From NCBI GenBank assembly GCA_964016885.1, contig CAXHJY010001284.1, positions 124,001-188,000 of the forward strand: DNA of 64,000 nucleotides, in the 5' to 3' direction. Below are positions 1 through 12,339 of this stretch, one piece after another; position 1 is the stretch's first letter, and each line of letters begins with the position of its first letter. The position numbers and the translations under genes are program-made. Below the pieces are notes generated by a model, which worked only from the letters and a program-made list of their open reading frames with translations, searched no databases and was not told the DNA's origin. The stretch is from Eledone cirrhosa (Eukaryota).

Positions 1-137
1 TATATATATATATACATATATACATATATATATATATAAATATATATATATACATATATATGTATGTATATATATAAATATATATACACATATATATATA
101 TATATATACATACATATATACATATATATATATATAA

Positions 138-235
<98 letters not shown>

Positions 236-305
236 GTGTATATATATATATATATGCACACATATATATATATATATATATACATATATATACATATATA
301 TATAC

Positions 306-362
<57 letters not shown>

Positions 363-410
363 TATATACACACATATATATATATGTATATACATATATA
401 TATATGTATA

Positions 411-480
<70 letters not shown>
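1..480. repeat. (TA)n microsatellite with CA/TG interruptions
   Basis: Direct reading. Similar TA/CA tracts recur throughout 1-27 kb (e.g. 2131-2357, 11060-11310, 20295-20560, 24430-24860, 25270-26690). Confidence 0.98.
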
Positions 481-481
<1 letters not shown>

Positions 482-685
482 GGGGGAAGGGTGAAAATAA
501 GAAAGCACATGTATGTGTGTATGTAGACAGGGAATAACGAAGGGAAGGAAAATATAGAAGTGAAAAGAAAGAAATTAATGATATTATATAAGAAGGAATT
601 AGTGATTTCAGAAACACTGAACAGGCTGGTTGTTGATAGAGAAATATATACATATATATATATACACACACATATATATATATAT

Positions 686-904
686 ATAACGGAGGAATTG
701 TGGTAAGGAACAAGATGGATCATAACCGACGAGAGTACTCAATACTTAGCGTAGTAGAGTGGGTAATAGGAAAAGGTATGACCACAACGGCAGAGCTCAA
801 GGCGTTTCGACGGCTATCTCTGGACTCAGAAAGAGCCGCATATTTCTGAGTCCAGAAATAGCCGTCGAAACGGGTTGAGCTCTGCCGTCGGGGTCATACC
901 TTTT

Positions 905-909
<5 letters not shown>
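686..909. mobile_element. Fold-back element in (TA)n, copy 1 (67-bp arms 766-832 / 843-909)
   Basis: ATAGGAAAAGGTATGACC...GGACTCAGAAA pairs with TTTCTGAGTCC...GGTCATACCTTTTCCTAT. Flanked by TA tracts. A reverse-complement relative lies at 2886-3049. Confidence 0.75.
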
Positions 910-995
<86 letters not shown>

Positions 996-1003
996 GCATA
1001 GAG

Positions 1004-1143
1004 CAGGCAGGGGTAACAATTTTAGAGCAGTGGGCCGCATAGGATAAACTCATAATATGATGGGCCGCACTTCTAAAATATTCGAGAGAATTTTGAAATT
1101 AGGTGTGTCATGTGGCTCGCGGGCCGCTGTTTGCCCATGACTG
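1004..1143. mobile_element. hAT-like MITE remnant
   Basis: Starts CAGG(CAGG)GGTAAC and ends TGTGGCTCGCGGGCCGCTGTTTGCCCATGACTG, with GGGCCGC subterminal motifs typical of hAT/Charlie MITEs. Imperfect 8-bp flanks GCATAGAG / GTATAGTG. Confidence 0.55.
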
Positions 1144-1222
1144 GTATAGTGTTAAAGAGGGGTAAAGGGACAGAACATGCAGAAAGGGAGAGAGAGAGAG
1201 TAGCGAAAAACGAATACACACA

Positions 1223-1298
<76 letters not shown>

Positions 1299-1303
1299 AA
1301 TAT

Positions 1304-1513
1304 ATAAATGTAATTTGAGTTTTTAGAATATTAATAATAATATTCGATTCATTTGCAACTATGCGAACAAGCCTCATTTATAAGTTCTGTTTACATGCCA
1401 AAATAATAGCAAGAATGAGGGGTTCATTCTATTGACATGGCTTTAAAAATGAGCATAATTGAAAATGAATCGAATATTATTATTAATGTTCGAAAATCTC
1501 AGATTACATTTAT
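1304..1513. repeat. Inverted repeat, ~51-bp arms (1304-1354 / 1463-1513), MITE/fold-back-like
   Basis: ATAAATGTAATTTGAG...TATTCGATTCATTT is the near reverse complement of AAATGAATCGAATA...CTCAGATTACATTTAT. Confidence 0.75.
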
Positions 1514-1556
1514 TGTATTCAGCCATGTAGAGCGAAAATTTAATATAAATATATAT

Positions 1557-1628
<72 letters not shown>

Positions 1629-1931
1629 ATATATTCATGGGTGTATAAATATATTTAAGAGAATGACATACAGAGACAGTAAGAGATAAATGGAAACGCA
1701 ATTAACCGAGAGAGGATTAGGTAAAGAAAAAGATTAGATATAGAGAGAAAGTTGGAGAATGACGAGAGACTGAGCTATAGATAAATAATGGTGAGGTGGA
1801 AATAGAGAGGGTGAAAGAGAGATGCAATAAACGTAGATAAGAAAATGTATGAATTGAAACGAAAATGAAACGAGACAGTGAAGATAGACAAATGGGAAAT
1901 GAATGATGGAGATTTGAATATAGGAAACCAG

Positions 1932-1977
<46 letters not shown>

Positions 1978-1981
<4 letters not shown>

Positions 1982-2128
1982 AGTGCATTATAAGGGGTCC
2001 GTCGAGCTGCAGATTACAGAGTCAGGTAAGATCGATACAGATCGAACCTTGAGCTGATCAGTGGCGAAACGCGCGTCACCAACCAATAAATGTAATGAAG
2101 GAGTAACCAATCGTCCTTGTTATATTTT

Positions 2129-2131
<3 letters not shown>
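1978..2131 (+). mobile_element. Short (TA)n-embedded element, Penelope-like terminal remnant
   Basis: Shares AGATCGATACAGATC...GAGCTGATCA...GCGAAACGC(G/A)CGTCAC...AATAAA with 3091-3300. Both are bounded by TA tracts. Confidence 0.5.
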
Positions 2132-2210
<79 letters not shown>

Positions 2211-2227
2211 TTATATATATATATATG

Positions 2228-2278
<51 letters not shown>

Positions 2279-2356
2279 GTATTTATATATATATATATGT
2301 ATTTATATATATATATATATATATATATGTATTTATATATATATATATATATATAT

Positions 2357-2830
2357 ATTGTTATACTTGGGGAGGGCCATATTGTTGTAATAATATTTGT
2401 TTCTAGTTTAGGCACAAGGCCAGCAATTACCCAGTGCATTACTGGTACTTTATTTTATCGACCCCGTAAGGATGAAAGGCAAAGTCAACCTTGGCGGGAT
2501 TTGAACTTAGATCGTAAAGGGACGTAACTATTGTTGTAATAATATTGCCAGAAATAATAGCACAACACATTCACTGTTTGGTTGGTTTTCGCTTCTGTAT
2601 CTTTTATATCCCCATAGTTAATTTATTTGGCAATTGATAGACTATATATATATATTTATATCTGTATTTTTTAACCGTTGGTCAATCAATGATAAACATT
2701 GATTGCCAAATAAATTAACTATGGAGATATAAAAGATACAGAAGCGAAAATCAACCAAACAGTGAATGTGTTGTGCTATTATTTCTGACAATATTATTAC
2801 AACAATATGACCTTCACCAAGTAAACAATA
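2357..2830. mobile_element. Fold-back element (arms ~2357-2634 and 2701-2830), left arm interrupted by a SINE
   Basis: 2529-2634 is the reverse complement of ~2702-2808. The terminus TTGTTATACTTGGGGAGGGCCAT pairs with ATGACCTTCACCAAGTAAACAA. Confidence 0.8.
2398..2528 (-). mobile_element. tRNA-derived SINE (5'-truncated) with 18-bp TSD
   Basis: Matches the family at 29316-29500. TATTGTTGTAATAATATT is duplicated at 2380-2397 and 2529-2546. Confidence 0.88.
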
Positions 2831-2885
2831 TTTGTTTCGACACACGATTCATATCAAAAACCTTGCAAAACAAATTCATATATAT

Positions 2886-3045
2886 ATAGGAAAAAGTATG
2901 ACCTCGACGGCAGAGCTCAAGCCGTCGAAACGGCTTGAGCTCTGCCGTCGGGGTCATACTTTTTCCTATTTCCCACTCTACTACCCTAAGTATTGAGTAC
3001 TCTGGTGCGTTATGGTCTATTTGGTTCCTTACCACAATTCCTTTG

Positions 3046-3049
<4 letters not shown>
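2886..3049. mobile_element. Fold-back element in (TA)n, copy 2 (hairpin 2886-2969)
   Basis: Reverse-complement relative of 686-909, with its own palindrome centred on AAGCCGTCGAAACGGCTT. Confidence 0.75.
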
Positions 3050-3090
<41 letters not shown>

Positions 3091-3095
<5 letters not shown>

Positions 3096-3300
3096 ACGGT
3101 GACATTCACCAGTGTGAGCACTCGATCCGTAGTTTCCAGTAAGTATAGAGGTGTAGTACTAAGCAGAGTGTAAATATAATAATAATCGATTCCAGAGTCG
3201 GGCTAGATCGATACAGATCCAACCCTGAGCTGATCAATAGCGAAACGCACGTCACTACTCAATAAACGTAATGAAGACATAACAAATCATTTTCTTTATT
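3091..3300 (+). mobile_element. Short (TA)n-embedded element, second copy of the 1978-2131 family
   Basis: Shared ~90-bp core at 3188-3277 ending in AATAAA. Confidence 0.5.
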
Positions 3301-3319
3301 ATTATTACTATTATATATA

Positions 3320-3397
<78 letters not shown>

Positions 3398-3399
3398 CA

Positions 3400-3445
<46 letters not shown>

Positions 3446-3494
3446 AGAGAGGGAGAGAAGATAGATAGATAGATAGACAAATTAAATAAATCAC

Positions 3495-3680
3495 ACAGTC
3501 ATATACACTAAATCACACATATACACACAAAATCATATATACACACTAAATCACACACACATATGCACTAAATCACACACACATACATACTAAATCACAC
3601 ACACATACGCACTACATCACACACACATCACACTGCATCACACACACATACACACTGCATCACACACACATTAAATCACA
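3495..3680. repeat. ~22-bp degenerate minisatellite (TACACACTAAATCACACACACA-like)
   Basis: Repeated CACTAAATCACAC / CACTGCATCACAC units. Confidence 0.7.
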
Positions 3681-3944
3681 CTCCAATTTCAAACGCACAT
3701 ACACATACATATACACACACATAGAAATAATAATTAAGTTTAATTAAGATATACAAATTACTTCGAATATATTTAATTGAAAAACTAGTAATTTGTATCC
3801 CAACAACGAGGAAGTGAGTGTATATATGTCTATACGTACATATGTGCTAACCTAAGTATGGTGTGTATGTGTATGTTTGAATACAAGCCAGTGTTTAAAT
3901 GTATGTGTCGTTATATGTACGATTTTAAGAATATATGTGTGCGT

Positions 3945-4200
3945 CTATGTATGTATGTATATTTCTATGTGTTTGTCTCATTTTTCTTAATTTCGTGTTT
4001 ATTTAGATTGGCCACCTTCCCGGTGGCAAAATTGTGAAGAAAAGGAAATTTCCGTCACCCATTGACCAATCGTTCATATTTTGAATCGTATGAACGCGTT
4101 TCAGATTCTAAAGGTTCCAGATATCGTGGCCATTTGTAGATTAGTATGTGAGGAGCTGGGTCCTTTCTCCAAAAATTCGATATCAAGTGTCTGTAGATAT
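3945..4200 (-). mobile_element. 3' end of R4/Dong-like (REL endonuclease) LINE, degraded
   Basis: Reverse complement aligns to ~5830-6020, including CTACAAATGGC, the GCCACC-N5-GGTGGC stem-loop, CGAAATTAAG and a TACA tail. Confidence 0.65.
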
Positions 4201-4724
4201 CCTCATTCTCTTGTGACGTCTTTACGATCTTAACATCGAGTGGAGAGCTTTACATCTTTGAGAAACAGTTAATTTCTACATTTAACATACCAGCTGAAAA
4301 TATAGTTACTAGATTCAGTTGTTTCTCAGCATTGTAAAGAAGTCTAGATGAGTTCTTCAACATCGTCCACAAAAAAAAAGAAATTAATTGGTTACATAGG
4401 TGTCGCTTGCTGCTGTAGGCTCTATGTGGTTCAGAGTTTGATCGATTAAATAAGAAAGTGCCCTTTGCCATAGTTTCACACTCGTATTTGAAAGTTGCTT
4501 TGCATTTCCCCCGCATCAGACTAACGACAGTGTTAACAAAGAAATGGTTGGGAAAACTGTGAAGGATGAAAGACAAAATCTGACCGTGTGGGATTTTGAT
4601 CTTAGACTGTAAAAACCCGGAACAAATTCCTCTAAATATTTTTCCGACCCTCTCATTCTCCCAAATTCAAAGTATTCCGTTATAGTGTATTGAGGCAAAA
4701 CAGTTTTACATTATAGCAGCTATG

Positions 4725-4880
4725 AGGGTGGTGGATTAGAACGTTGGACACCATACTTCGTGGCATAGATCTATGACCCTTTACGTTCTGATTTCAAAAC
4801 CCGCCAAGATTAGCCTTGCTTTTCACCCTTACGGGTTCGATAGAATTAAGTAGCAGTAACACACTTGGGTCGACTTAACC
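4725..4880 (+). mobile_element. Diverged tRNA-derived SINE
   Basis: CCCTTTACGTTCTGATTTCAAAACCCGCC...CTTTTCACCCTTACGGGTTCGATAGAATTAAGTAGCAG matches the family core. Confidence 0.7.
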
Positions 4881-5360
4881 TTCTTTCCTCTCCCTCTGCT
4901 TACATCAGAATGTTTGAATACACAGCCTGTTGATAAATTTGCAGAAAATTATTCATAGCATATTTTCGCAGCGGATCAAGCATACTTCATTAGTGTATAA
5001 TATGCAGATGAGATCTATTAATCCGAAACAAGCCCATAGTTCTCCCTCCTAAACCTTCGAATTGGCTTTGAGTGATTGTCTTCATTTCTTGAAATGAGCT
5101 TCACCTAAAAAGTGACGATATATTTTTTCTTTGTCAGTTAAGAGGACAATTTCGATTAAATTTATACATACATGCATACATACTTATATATACATACATA
5201 TATACATACAAGCATACATAACTATATGCATGCATACATACATACATACATGCATACATACCTATGTACATATATACAAACATACATACATACATATATA
5301 CATAAATACAGTCATATCTACCTACCTACCTACCTACCTACATACATACATACATATTTG

Positions 5361-5595
5361 CATCTAATAACTGCATATACACATGTACAGATACAAAGCA
5401 TATACACATGCACACATACAACTCAAAACATCCACATCCACACATACAATAACATCCATATCTACACATGCATGCATACATACATATCTACCTAGTTGAT
5501 GTTGTGTAAATTCCAATGAGAGAGTCTTGTGTCTATGTTAGAAACCGACACTCTCTCTATTGGTAAAACTTTGTGAAATTATAAAACCAGAAGAA
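5361..5595 (+). repeat. ~235-bp segment duplicated at 7997-8224, ending in a (TACA)n tract
   Basis: Near-identical CATCTAATAACTGC...TATAAAACCAGAAGAAC in both places. Confidence 0.85.
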
Positions 5596-5689
5596 CATAC
5601 ATATATACATACATACATACATACATACATACATACATACATACATACATACATACATACATACATACATACACACATACATACAGAAA

Positions 5690-6017
5690 AATACAGAAAT
5701 AGGACATCTACGGACCATTGATGAGGAGTTTACAAATCCAGTATCCAAGATACACCTTTAGCTTCATACCCATCATTATTGGAGCTACGGGTTATATACC
5801 AACCCGCTTGGACCAACGTATGACTGAACTTTGATTTGCGGACAAAGAGCGCAGCTCCCTAATTCATAGTCTACAAATGGCTGCGATAGCTGGCACCTTC
5901 AAAATTTGCAAAACATTCTTGCGATTCAAGGGATGACAATTTCTTTTCATTTACAACCTTGCCACCAGGAAGGTGGCCGGTCAAAAAAATATACTCGAAA
6001 TTAAGAGAAAGAGATAA
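5690..6017 (+). mobile_element. 3' fragment of R4/Dong-like LINE (REL endonuclease C-terminus plus 3' UTR), inserted in (TACA)n
   Basis: Manual translation DIYGPLMRSLQIQYPRYTFSFIPIIIGATGYIPTRLDQRMTEL*FADKERSSLIHSLQMAAIAGTFKICKTFLRFKG* has the PIIIGAxGxIP and LQxxAxxGT motifs of REL-type non-LTR elements. One in-frame stop. Confidence 0.75.
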
Positions 6018-6034
6018 CATACATACATACATAC

Positions 6035-6290
6035 ATGGTGGCTGCCAACTCGTTTTCGAGTACAGCCAATACTTTATATCCATGTACTTTATATCCATGC
6101 TGAGCCCATGGTATCATGTGACGACAAGTGCAGAGAGGTCTCCAGATATAAAGCAATGCCTGTGCCGTGAAGCTTTTATAGTGAGCAAAGGCACTGCACA
6201 AAGCCAGTCCCACTCTCTTAACCAAGATGATATTTACCAAAAAGAAGAACAAGTCAACATCATTGGATACCATCAGGGTTGCAGGTGTTA
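6035..6290. mobile_element. Dispersed element fragment in (TACA)n, shorter copy of 7305-7652
   Basis: GGCTGCCAACTC...CATGTGACGACAAGTGCAGA...TTGCAGGTGTTAT is shared with the second copy. Confidence 0.7.
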
Positions 6291-6318
6291 TACATACATA
6301 CATACATACATACATACA

Positions 6319-6350
<32 letters not shown>

Positions 6351-7167
6351 AATCTTTACCAACGGATCAAGGTGGCTTGAGCAGACTATACACCTGATGA
6401 GGTTCACAGTTCCGAAACAAAGCCATACTTGTGCCTCACTTGTAAACAAAGATCCGAACTTTCTTTCCTAAGCTTCTAAATCAAGTTTAAGAGATTAATT
6501 ATTAATTTCTGGAAATAATATCTTCGAGACTCGCCTTTAGGTTGTTGTTTTCTTTACTGCACGAGGGAAATTTTAATTAATTAAGATTCCGTTTTTATTT
6601 TTGTTTACAGCGTTCCTTTAGATAGTTTATATACATATATACATACATGTATAGATATATACATATATACATACATGCATAGATATAAAATTACATACAT
6701 GCATAGATATATACATACATACATGCATAGGTATATACATATATACATAGATATATACATACATGCATAGATATATACATACATGCATAGATGTATAATT
6801 ACATGTATGCATACATATATACAAATATACATATATGCATACATATATAATTACATACATGCATTCATATATAATTACGTACATGCATACATATATATAT
6901 ATTCATGCATACATATATACATACATACAGGCATACATAAATGCATAAATACATATATACATACACACACACAAATATATATATACATACATACCTGCAT
7001 ACATACAAAACTACATACATAACTACATACATAACTACATACATACACTCATACAAACATACATACATACATGCATGAATGCGTACATACATACATTCAT
7101 CCATCCATCCATACATACATACATACATAGATACATACATACATACATACATACATACATACATACA

Positions 7168-7203
<36 letters not shown>

Positions 7204-7304
7204 TATATATACAAACAAACATACACACACACATACATACATACATACATACATACATACATACATACATACATACATACATACATACATACATACATAC
7301 ATAC

Positions 7305-7912
7305 ATGGCGGCTGCCAACTCTTTTTCGAGTACGGCCACTACTTCATATCCATGTAGGAGAACCCCTACTGATGCGCTGAACGAGTGTGACTTTTTAGTC
7401 CAGCCAGCGACTTGAAAACTCTGGTACAAACACTGCACTTGTGACAATTATTGACACATAGTGCTGGGCCCATGATACCATGTGACGACAAGTGCAGAAA
7501 GATCTCCAGATATAAAGCAATGCCTGTGCCGTGAAGCTTTTATAGTGAGAAAAGGCACTGCACAAAGCCAGTCCCACTCTCTTAACCAAGATGATATTTA
7601 CCAAAAAGAAGAAGTCAACATCATTGGATACCATCAGGCTTGCAGGTGTTATATCAGAGTTTTCCTTCTCCTAGAATTCTGCCTTGACAAAGGCTGAGGG
7701 TCATCTCTCCCGGTGATTTTGGATGGCCATTGACTCTTAAGAGCTCTTTTGCCCTTTGACAGGTTTTGTTTTTATTCCTGCAGGATGTCCAAAGTCACCC
7801 TCCTCACCAAGAAATGTTGGTGGGGTTGCCAGTTTAGTCGCCAACGACACGACCATGAGACAGGTTGTACTGGGATACATGTTACCAGTAGCACCAACTG
7901 GTGACCTGACAT
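7305..7912 (-). mobile_element. Non-coding retroelement-like insertion between (TACA)n tracts (possibly RTE-type 5' UTR-derived)
   Basis: Longer copy of 6035-6290. The distal part (CTGGTAACATGTATCCCAGTACAACC...GGCGACTAAACTGGCAACCCC on minus) recalls RTE-type 5' regions. Family assignment is tentative. Confidence 0.45.
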
Positions 7913-7943
7913 AAATACATACATACATACATACATACATACA

Positions 7944-7974
<31 letters not shown>

Positions 7975-7996
7975 GTAAAACATTGCAAACATTTTT

Positions 7997-8224
7997 CATC
8001 TAATAACTGCATATACACATGTACAGATACAAAGCATATACACATGCACACATACAACTCAAAACATACACATCCACACATACAATAACATCCATATCTA
8101 CACATGCATACATGCATATCTACCTAGTTGATGTGTAAATTCCAATGAGAGAGGCTTGTGTCTATGTTAGAAACCGACTCTCTCTACTGGGAAAAAATTT
8201 GTGAAATTATAAAACCAGAAGAAC
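7997..8224 (+). repeat. Second copy of 5361-5595
   Basis: Direct sequence match. Confidence 0.85.
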
Positions 8225-8528
8225 CTACATACATACATACATACATACATACATACATACATACAACCAGGCCTATTATAAACAAGGTTGGATAGTAGCC
8301 TTCGGCATTTCTCAGCTTCAGTACATTTCCGTTGATTCCACCCGCGAGATTTCTCCCCAATTCCCATGAGAAGTCGGTCACTAATATACCAACATATATT
8401 TTCCTTATTAATGCTTTAGTTAATCATAAATAAATAAGCATTAACAATATTTTCACACGTCTCTCACACTCATTCCTTGCTTCTATATCCTTAATTATGA
8501 TATGCTGGCACAAACTATCTTCTCCTAC

Positions 8529-8609
<81 letters not shown>

Positions 8610-8644
8610 CGCTCTCCCTCTCTCTTCATCTATCTCTTTCTATC

Positions 8645-8670
8645 TGTCTTATTCCGGCTTTCTCTTGATC

Positions 8671-8720
<50 letters not shown>

Positions 8721-8746
8721 GATCATGAGAAAGCCGGAATAAGACA
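8645..8746. repeat. Palindrome centred on a (TA)n tract
   Basis: TGTCTTATTCCGGCTTTCTCTTGATCACTT-(TA)n-AAGTGATCATGAGAAAGCCGGAATAAGACA, one mismatch in the 30-bp arms. Confidence 0.9.
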
Positions 8747-8889
8747 TATGTATATATATATAATATAAATATTTGTCCCTATATATTCATCTAAATATAC
8801 ATATCTATGCATGCATGTGAGTGTTTGTGCGTATATGGTTTGTGTAATGGTTGCATATATATATAGTTGCATATATATATATACATAGT

Positions 8890-9640
8890 TTTGGTGACAA
8901 ATACAGTGAAGGAGACAAAGGATTTGATGCAGGAGGTTGAGACTGTGTGGATGAGTGTGGGGCTGAGAATGAATTAGACTAAAGCAAAATATCTGGTAGA
9001 GAATGTTGAGAAGCCAGAGGGGTTCACTAATGTAGGCGAGAAGTCGCTAGAATTAGTTGTGGACTTCCTGTATTTGGGAGCAAAGATTGGGAATACGGAA
9101 GATGATGTGGTTGATAGGAAGAGCAAAGCCTGGGCGGCGTGCCACTGCTTGAGATCGGTGTGGAAGTCGGACCTTCGTAAAGACCTGAAAATCCGCCTCT
9201 TCATTGTTGTAGTGGTGTCTGTGCTGCTGTACGGGTCTGAGACTTGCACACAGATCAAGAAACTCACTCAGATGGTGGATGGGTGCTACACGAGAATGCT
9301 GAGGATGGCTCTGAACATTAATCAGTATACACTGAGGATGAAAACCTCAGAGCTGTATGGGAGCCTCCCAAAAGTCAGCTCAAAAGTAACACAGAGGAGA
9401 CAACAACGACTGAGGTTAGCTGGACATGCTCACCGACATCCAGAGTTGACATTGCACTCAGTGCTCCTGTGGGAGCCCCTACATGGACACACTGGAAGAG
9501 GAAAACCAAGGTTAATGTATGTTGCTGCCCTAAGAACACACACTGGTCTGTTGGAGACGCAGGACATGGCAGCTATAATGAGGAACGGAGTCCGCTGGAG
9601 AGAACTCGTCCATAGATCTCGAGAATTTTACCCGCCCTAG
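8890..9640 (+). mobile_element. 5'-truncated RTE-clade LINE, RT C-terminal region
   Basis: ORF 9059-9640 has FLYLG, AWAAC..L..VWKS, LKIRLF, SVLLYGSET, DGCYTRMLRMALNI, RLRLAGH and LLWEP..G..GRGKP, all characteristic of RTE-type ORF2 ends. Confidence 0.88.
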
Positions 9641-9647
9641 AATATAC

Positions 9648-9684
<37 letters not shown>

Positions 9685-10201
9685 AGAAGTTGACGGACCC
9701 AGCATAGGTATCAATGCCAGGACCTGTTGCATCTCAACGTACTCAATAGGTAATGTAAAATACACTCCCAGAGTATACACACAGTTATTCGCTTCAATAC
9801 AACACACGTAAACGGGTACTTATAGTAGTTCCCGAATTCGAGTTTCTGCCACACTTGATGCAGCAGTAGGGTGCACTGCAGCCTCTGTCTGCATATATTA
9901 TGCAACAATGCATAATCGGCGCATGTGGCTTCATCAGCGGCTATCGCCTCATCAATAAGCAATCGATCGACAGAATTCGACTCCAGTCCATACCGGCTAT
10001 GACTGTTTGTGACGGCTGTACAGTAAAGTGATTAACAACTGGGATCTGATACAATTCTGTCCCCCGATCGGCCACGAATTTACGTGATGGCAGGAGATTA
10101 GAAAACAAATATTTCTGTTCCCGTCAAAAGCTCTCAGCTTATGAATTAGGATGTTCACTACAACACAGTTGTATACATTTCACACACATATCGATAGATA
10201 A

Positions 10202-10253
<52 letters not shown>

Positions 10254-10255
<2 letters not shown>

Positions 10256-10443
10256 TTCTTTATTAGCCACAGGGGCACAAAAGAAGGGGACAAATACAAA
10301 GGGGGAAGTTTACATACAATAAAAACGTGTAAAATGTTATCACAAATGCAATTTAAAAAGTTAATCGATTTTCCCCAATAGAGGGAGACAGTTTATATGG
10401 GTAACACATACCCCCGAAAAAAATGTGCAACCCTCATCTCCCG

Positions 10444-10446
<3 letters not shown>
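10254..10446 (-). mobile_element. 3' UTR fragment of L1/Tx1-like LINE within (GATA)n
   Basis: Minus strand ends GCCCCTGTGGCTAATAAAGAAATC, matching GCCCTTGTGGCCAATAAAGAAATC at ~29211-29234. GATA tracts on both sides. Confidence 0.65.
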
Positions 10447-10494
<48 letters not shown>

Positions 10495-10555
10495 GTGTGT
10501 ATGTGTGTATGTGAATGTGTATGTGTGAGTGTATGTATATACATACATACTAATA

Positions 10556-10735
10556 TAACTGTTTCTACTTTTGGCAGAAGGCCAGCAATTACCCAGTGTA
10601 TTACTGGTACTTTATTTTATCGACCCCCGTAAGGATGAAAGGCAAAGTTAACCTCGGCGGGATTTAAACTCAGTCCGTAAAGGGACGTAACTGTGCTGCA
10701 AAGCAAGGCGTCCGACCCTCTACCGATACTGCCAA
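10556..10735 (-). mobile_element. tRNA-derived SINE
   Basis: Near-full match to the reverse complement of 29316-29500. Confidence 0.88.
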
Positions 10736-11058
10736 ACTAATATAACAAAGGATGCTGTGTATTGCTAAATAAACAGAATGGAAGAGGATGAAGGAAATAG
10801 GATAAAGTGAGCAGAGGAAAGTTTGTGGTGATAGAGAGGTAGAGAGAGTCTAGCTAGAATATATGGTAACATAACAAGGGACATTACTTAGGGAATATAC
10901 TTAGTCCTTATCAATAGATACACCTACTTACTCATATGTTGGGGGGCAATTGATACATACTATCACACACAAACACACACTCACTCACACACTCACACTC
11001 ACAGGCACACACTCACACACACACTCACTCACATACACACCCTCACTCACAAACACAC

Positions 11059-11155
<97 letters not shown>

Positions 11156-11194
11156 CGTGTGTGAGTGTGTGTGTGTGTATGTTTATGTGTATAC

Positions 11195-11310
<116 letters not shown>

Positions 11311-11393
11311 GTATGTGTTTGACGGCCGAGAGAAAAGAGTACTCAACATTGAAGTATAGTTTAAATACTCATTTTATATGTATCTCTCTCTCC

Positions 11394-11442
<49 letters not shown>

Positions 11443-11445
<3 letters not shown>

Positions 11446-11830
11446 ATTGAAAATATTAACAAAATAGATATTCTAGTGATCAATTATATCTTATTATACA
11501 TATTTCAGAGGTACTGAGTTAAGTTCAACAGTATGTCCTCATCAGATAAAATAAGATGATGCATGACATACCCTGACATATTAGATGGTTAAGATTCAGT
11601 CATGGTAGTGATTAACTTATGACAAAACTCAATATTTATACCCTAATATTGAGAACCTGCGATAACATAATACAAACAATAGAGAGGGTGCGTGTAATAC
11701 AGCTTAAAAAATACATGGCATCAATATAACAGTTATAAAATTTTTTTTATAAAAACTACTGGAACAGTACCTCTGAAATATGTATAATAAAATATAAGAA
11801 TATCTATTTTGTTAATATTTTGAATTAATA
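11443..11830. mobile_element. Fold-back element (arms ~11443-11515 / 11765-11830) with a degenerate hammerhead core
   Basis: AATATTAACAAAATAGATATTC...TTATTATACATATTTCAGAGGTACTG pairs with CAGTACCTCTGAAATATGTATAATAA...GAATATCTATTTTGTTAATATT. Confidence 0.7.
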
Positions 11831-11926
11831 TTAATAACTCTGGAAAACCTTTGCTGTTGAGTGCTTCCAATCTATTGTAAAACTCATTCTTTTCTTTGAT
11901 GTATTCATTGAACCTTGTTTAACTTT

Positions 11927-11991
<65 letters not shown>

Positions 11992-12339
11992 GCCCGCGCA
12001 AGCCTGTGTGTGTATGTGTATACATAATTTGATACATTTATACACAACGTAAGAAACAATGGAAACCGAGAAGTCATTTGTATTGGCCGAATTTGAGACG
12101 CTCAATTTAAAACTACGATGAACTTTCTGGAAGTTGACTATCGACTAGTGTCTACTAATTGAACTTGTAAATCACATAACCAACCCATATTTCCTACTTT
12201 TCACGATAGTTAACTGTACATTCGTATCTTAAATTACTTCCTTCCCAGTCGATTATCTTACTTTATATGTTGCTGTCATAATGTTGAAGTCATGGAAATC
12301 CCAGTTCAGAATATTGTGTTGTTGGTGTTGCTGTGAGAT

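Noticed and set aside
6388-6437. CTGATGAG...CGAAAC hammerhead core
   Set aside because: Stem II is only 2 bp and there is no valid NUH or stem I. Similar incomplete cores at ~2054-2078 and ~21090-21122 were also not called.
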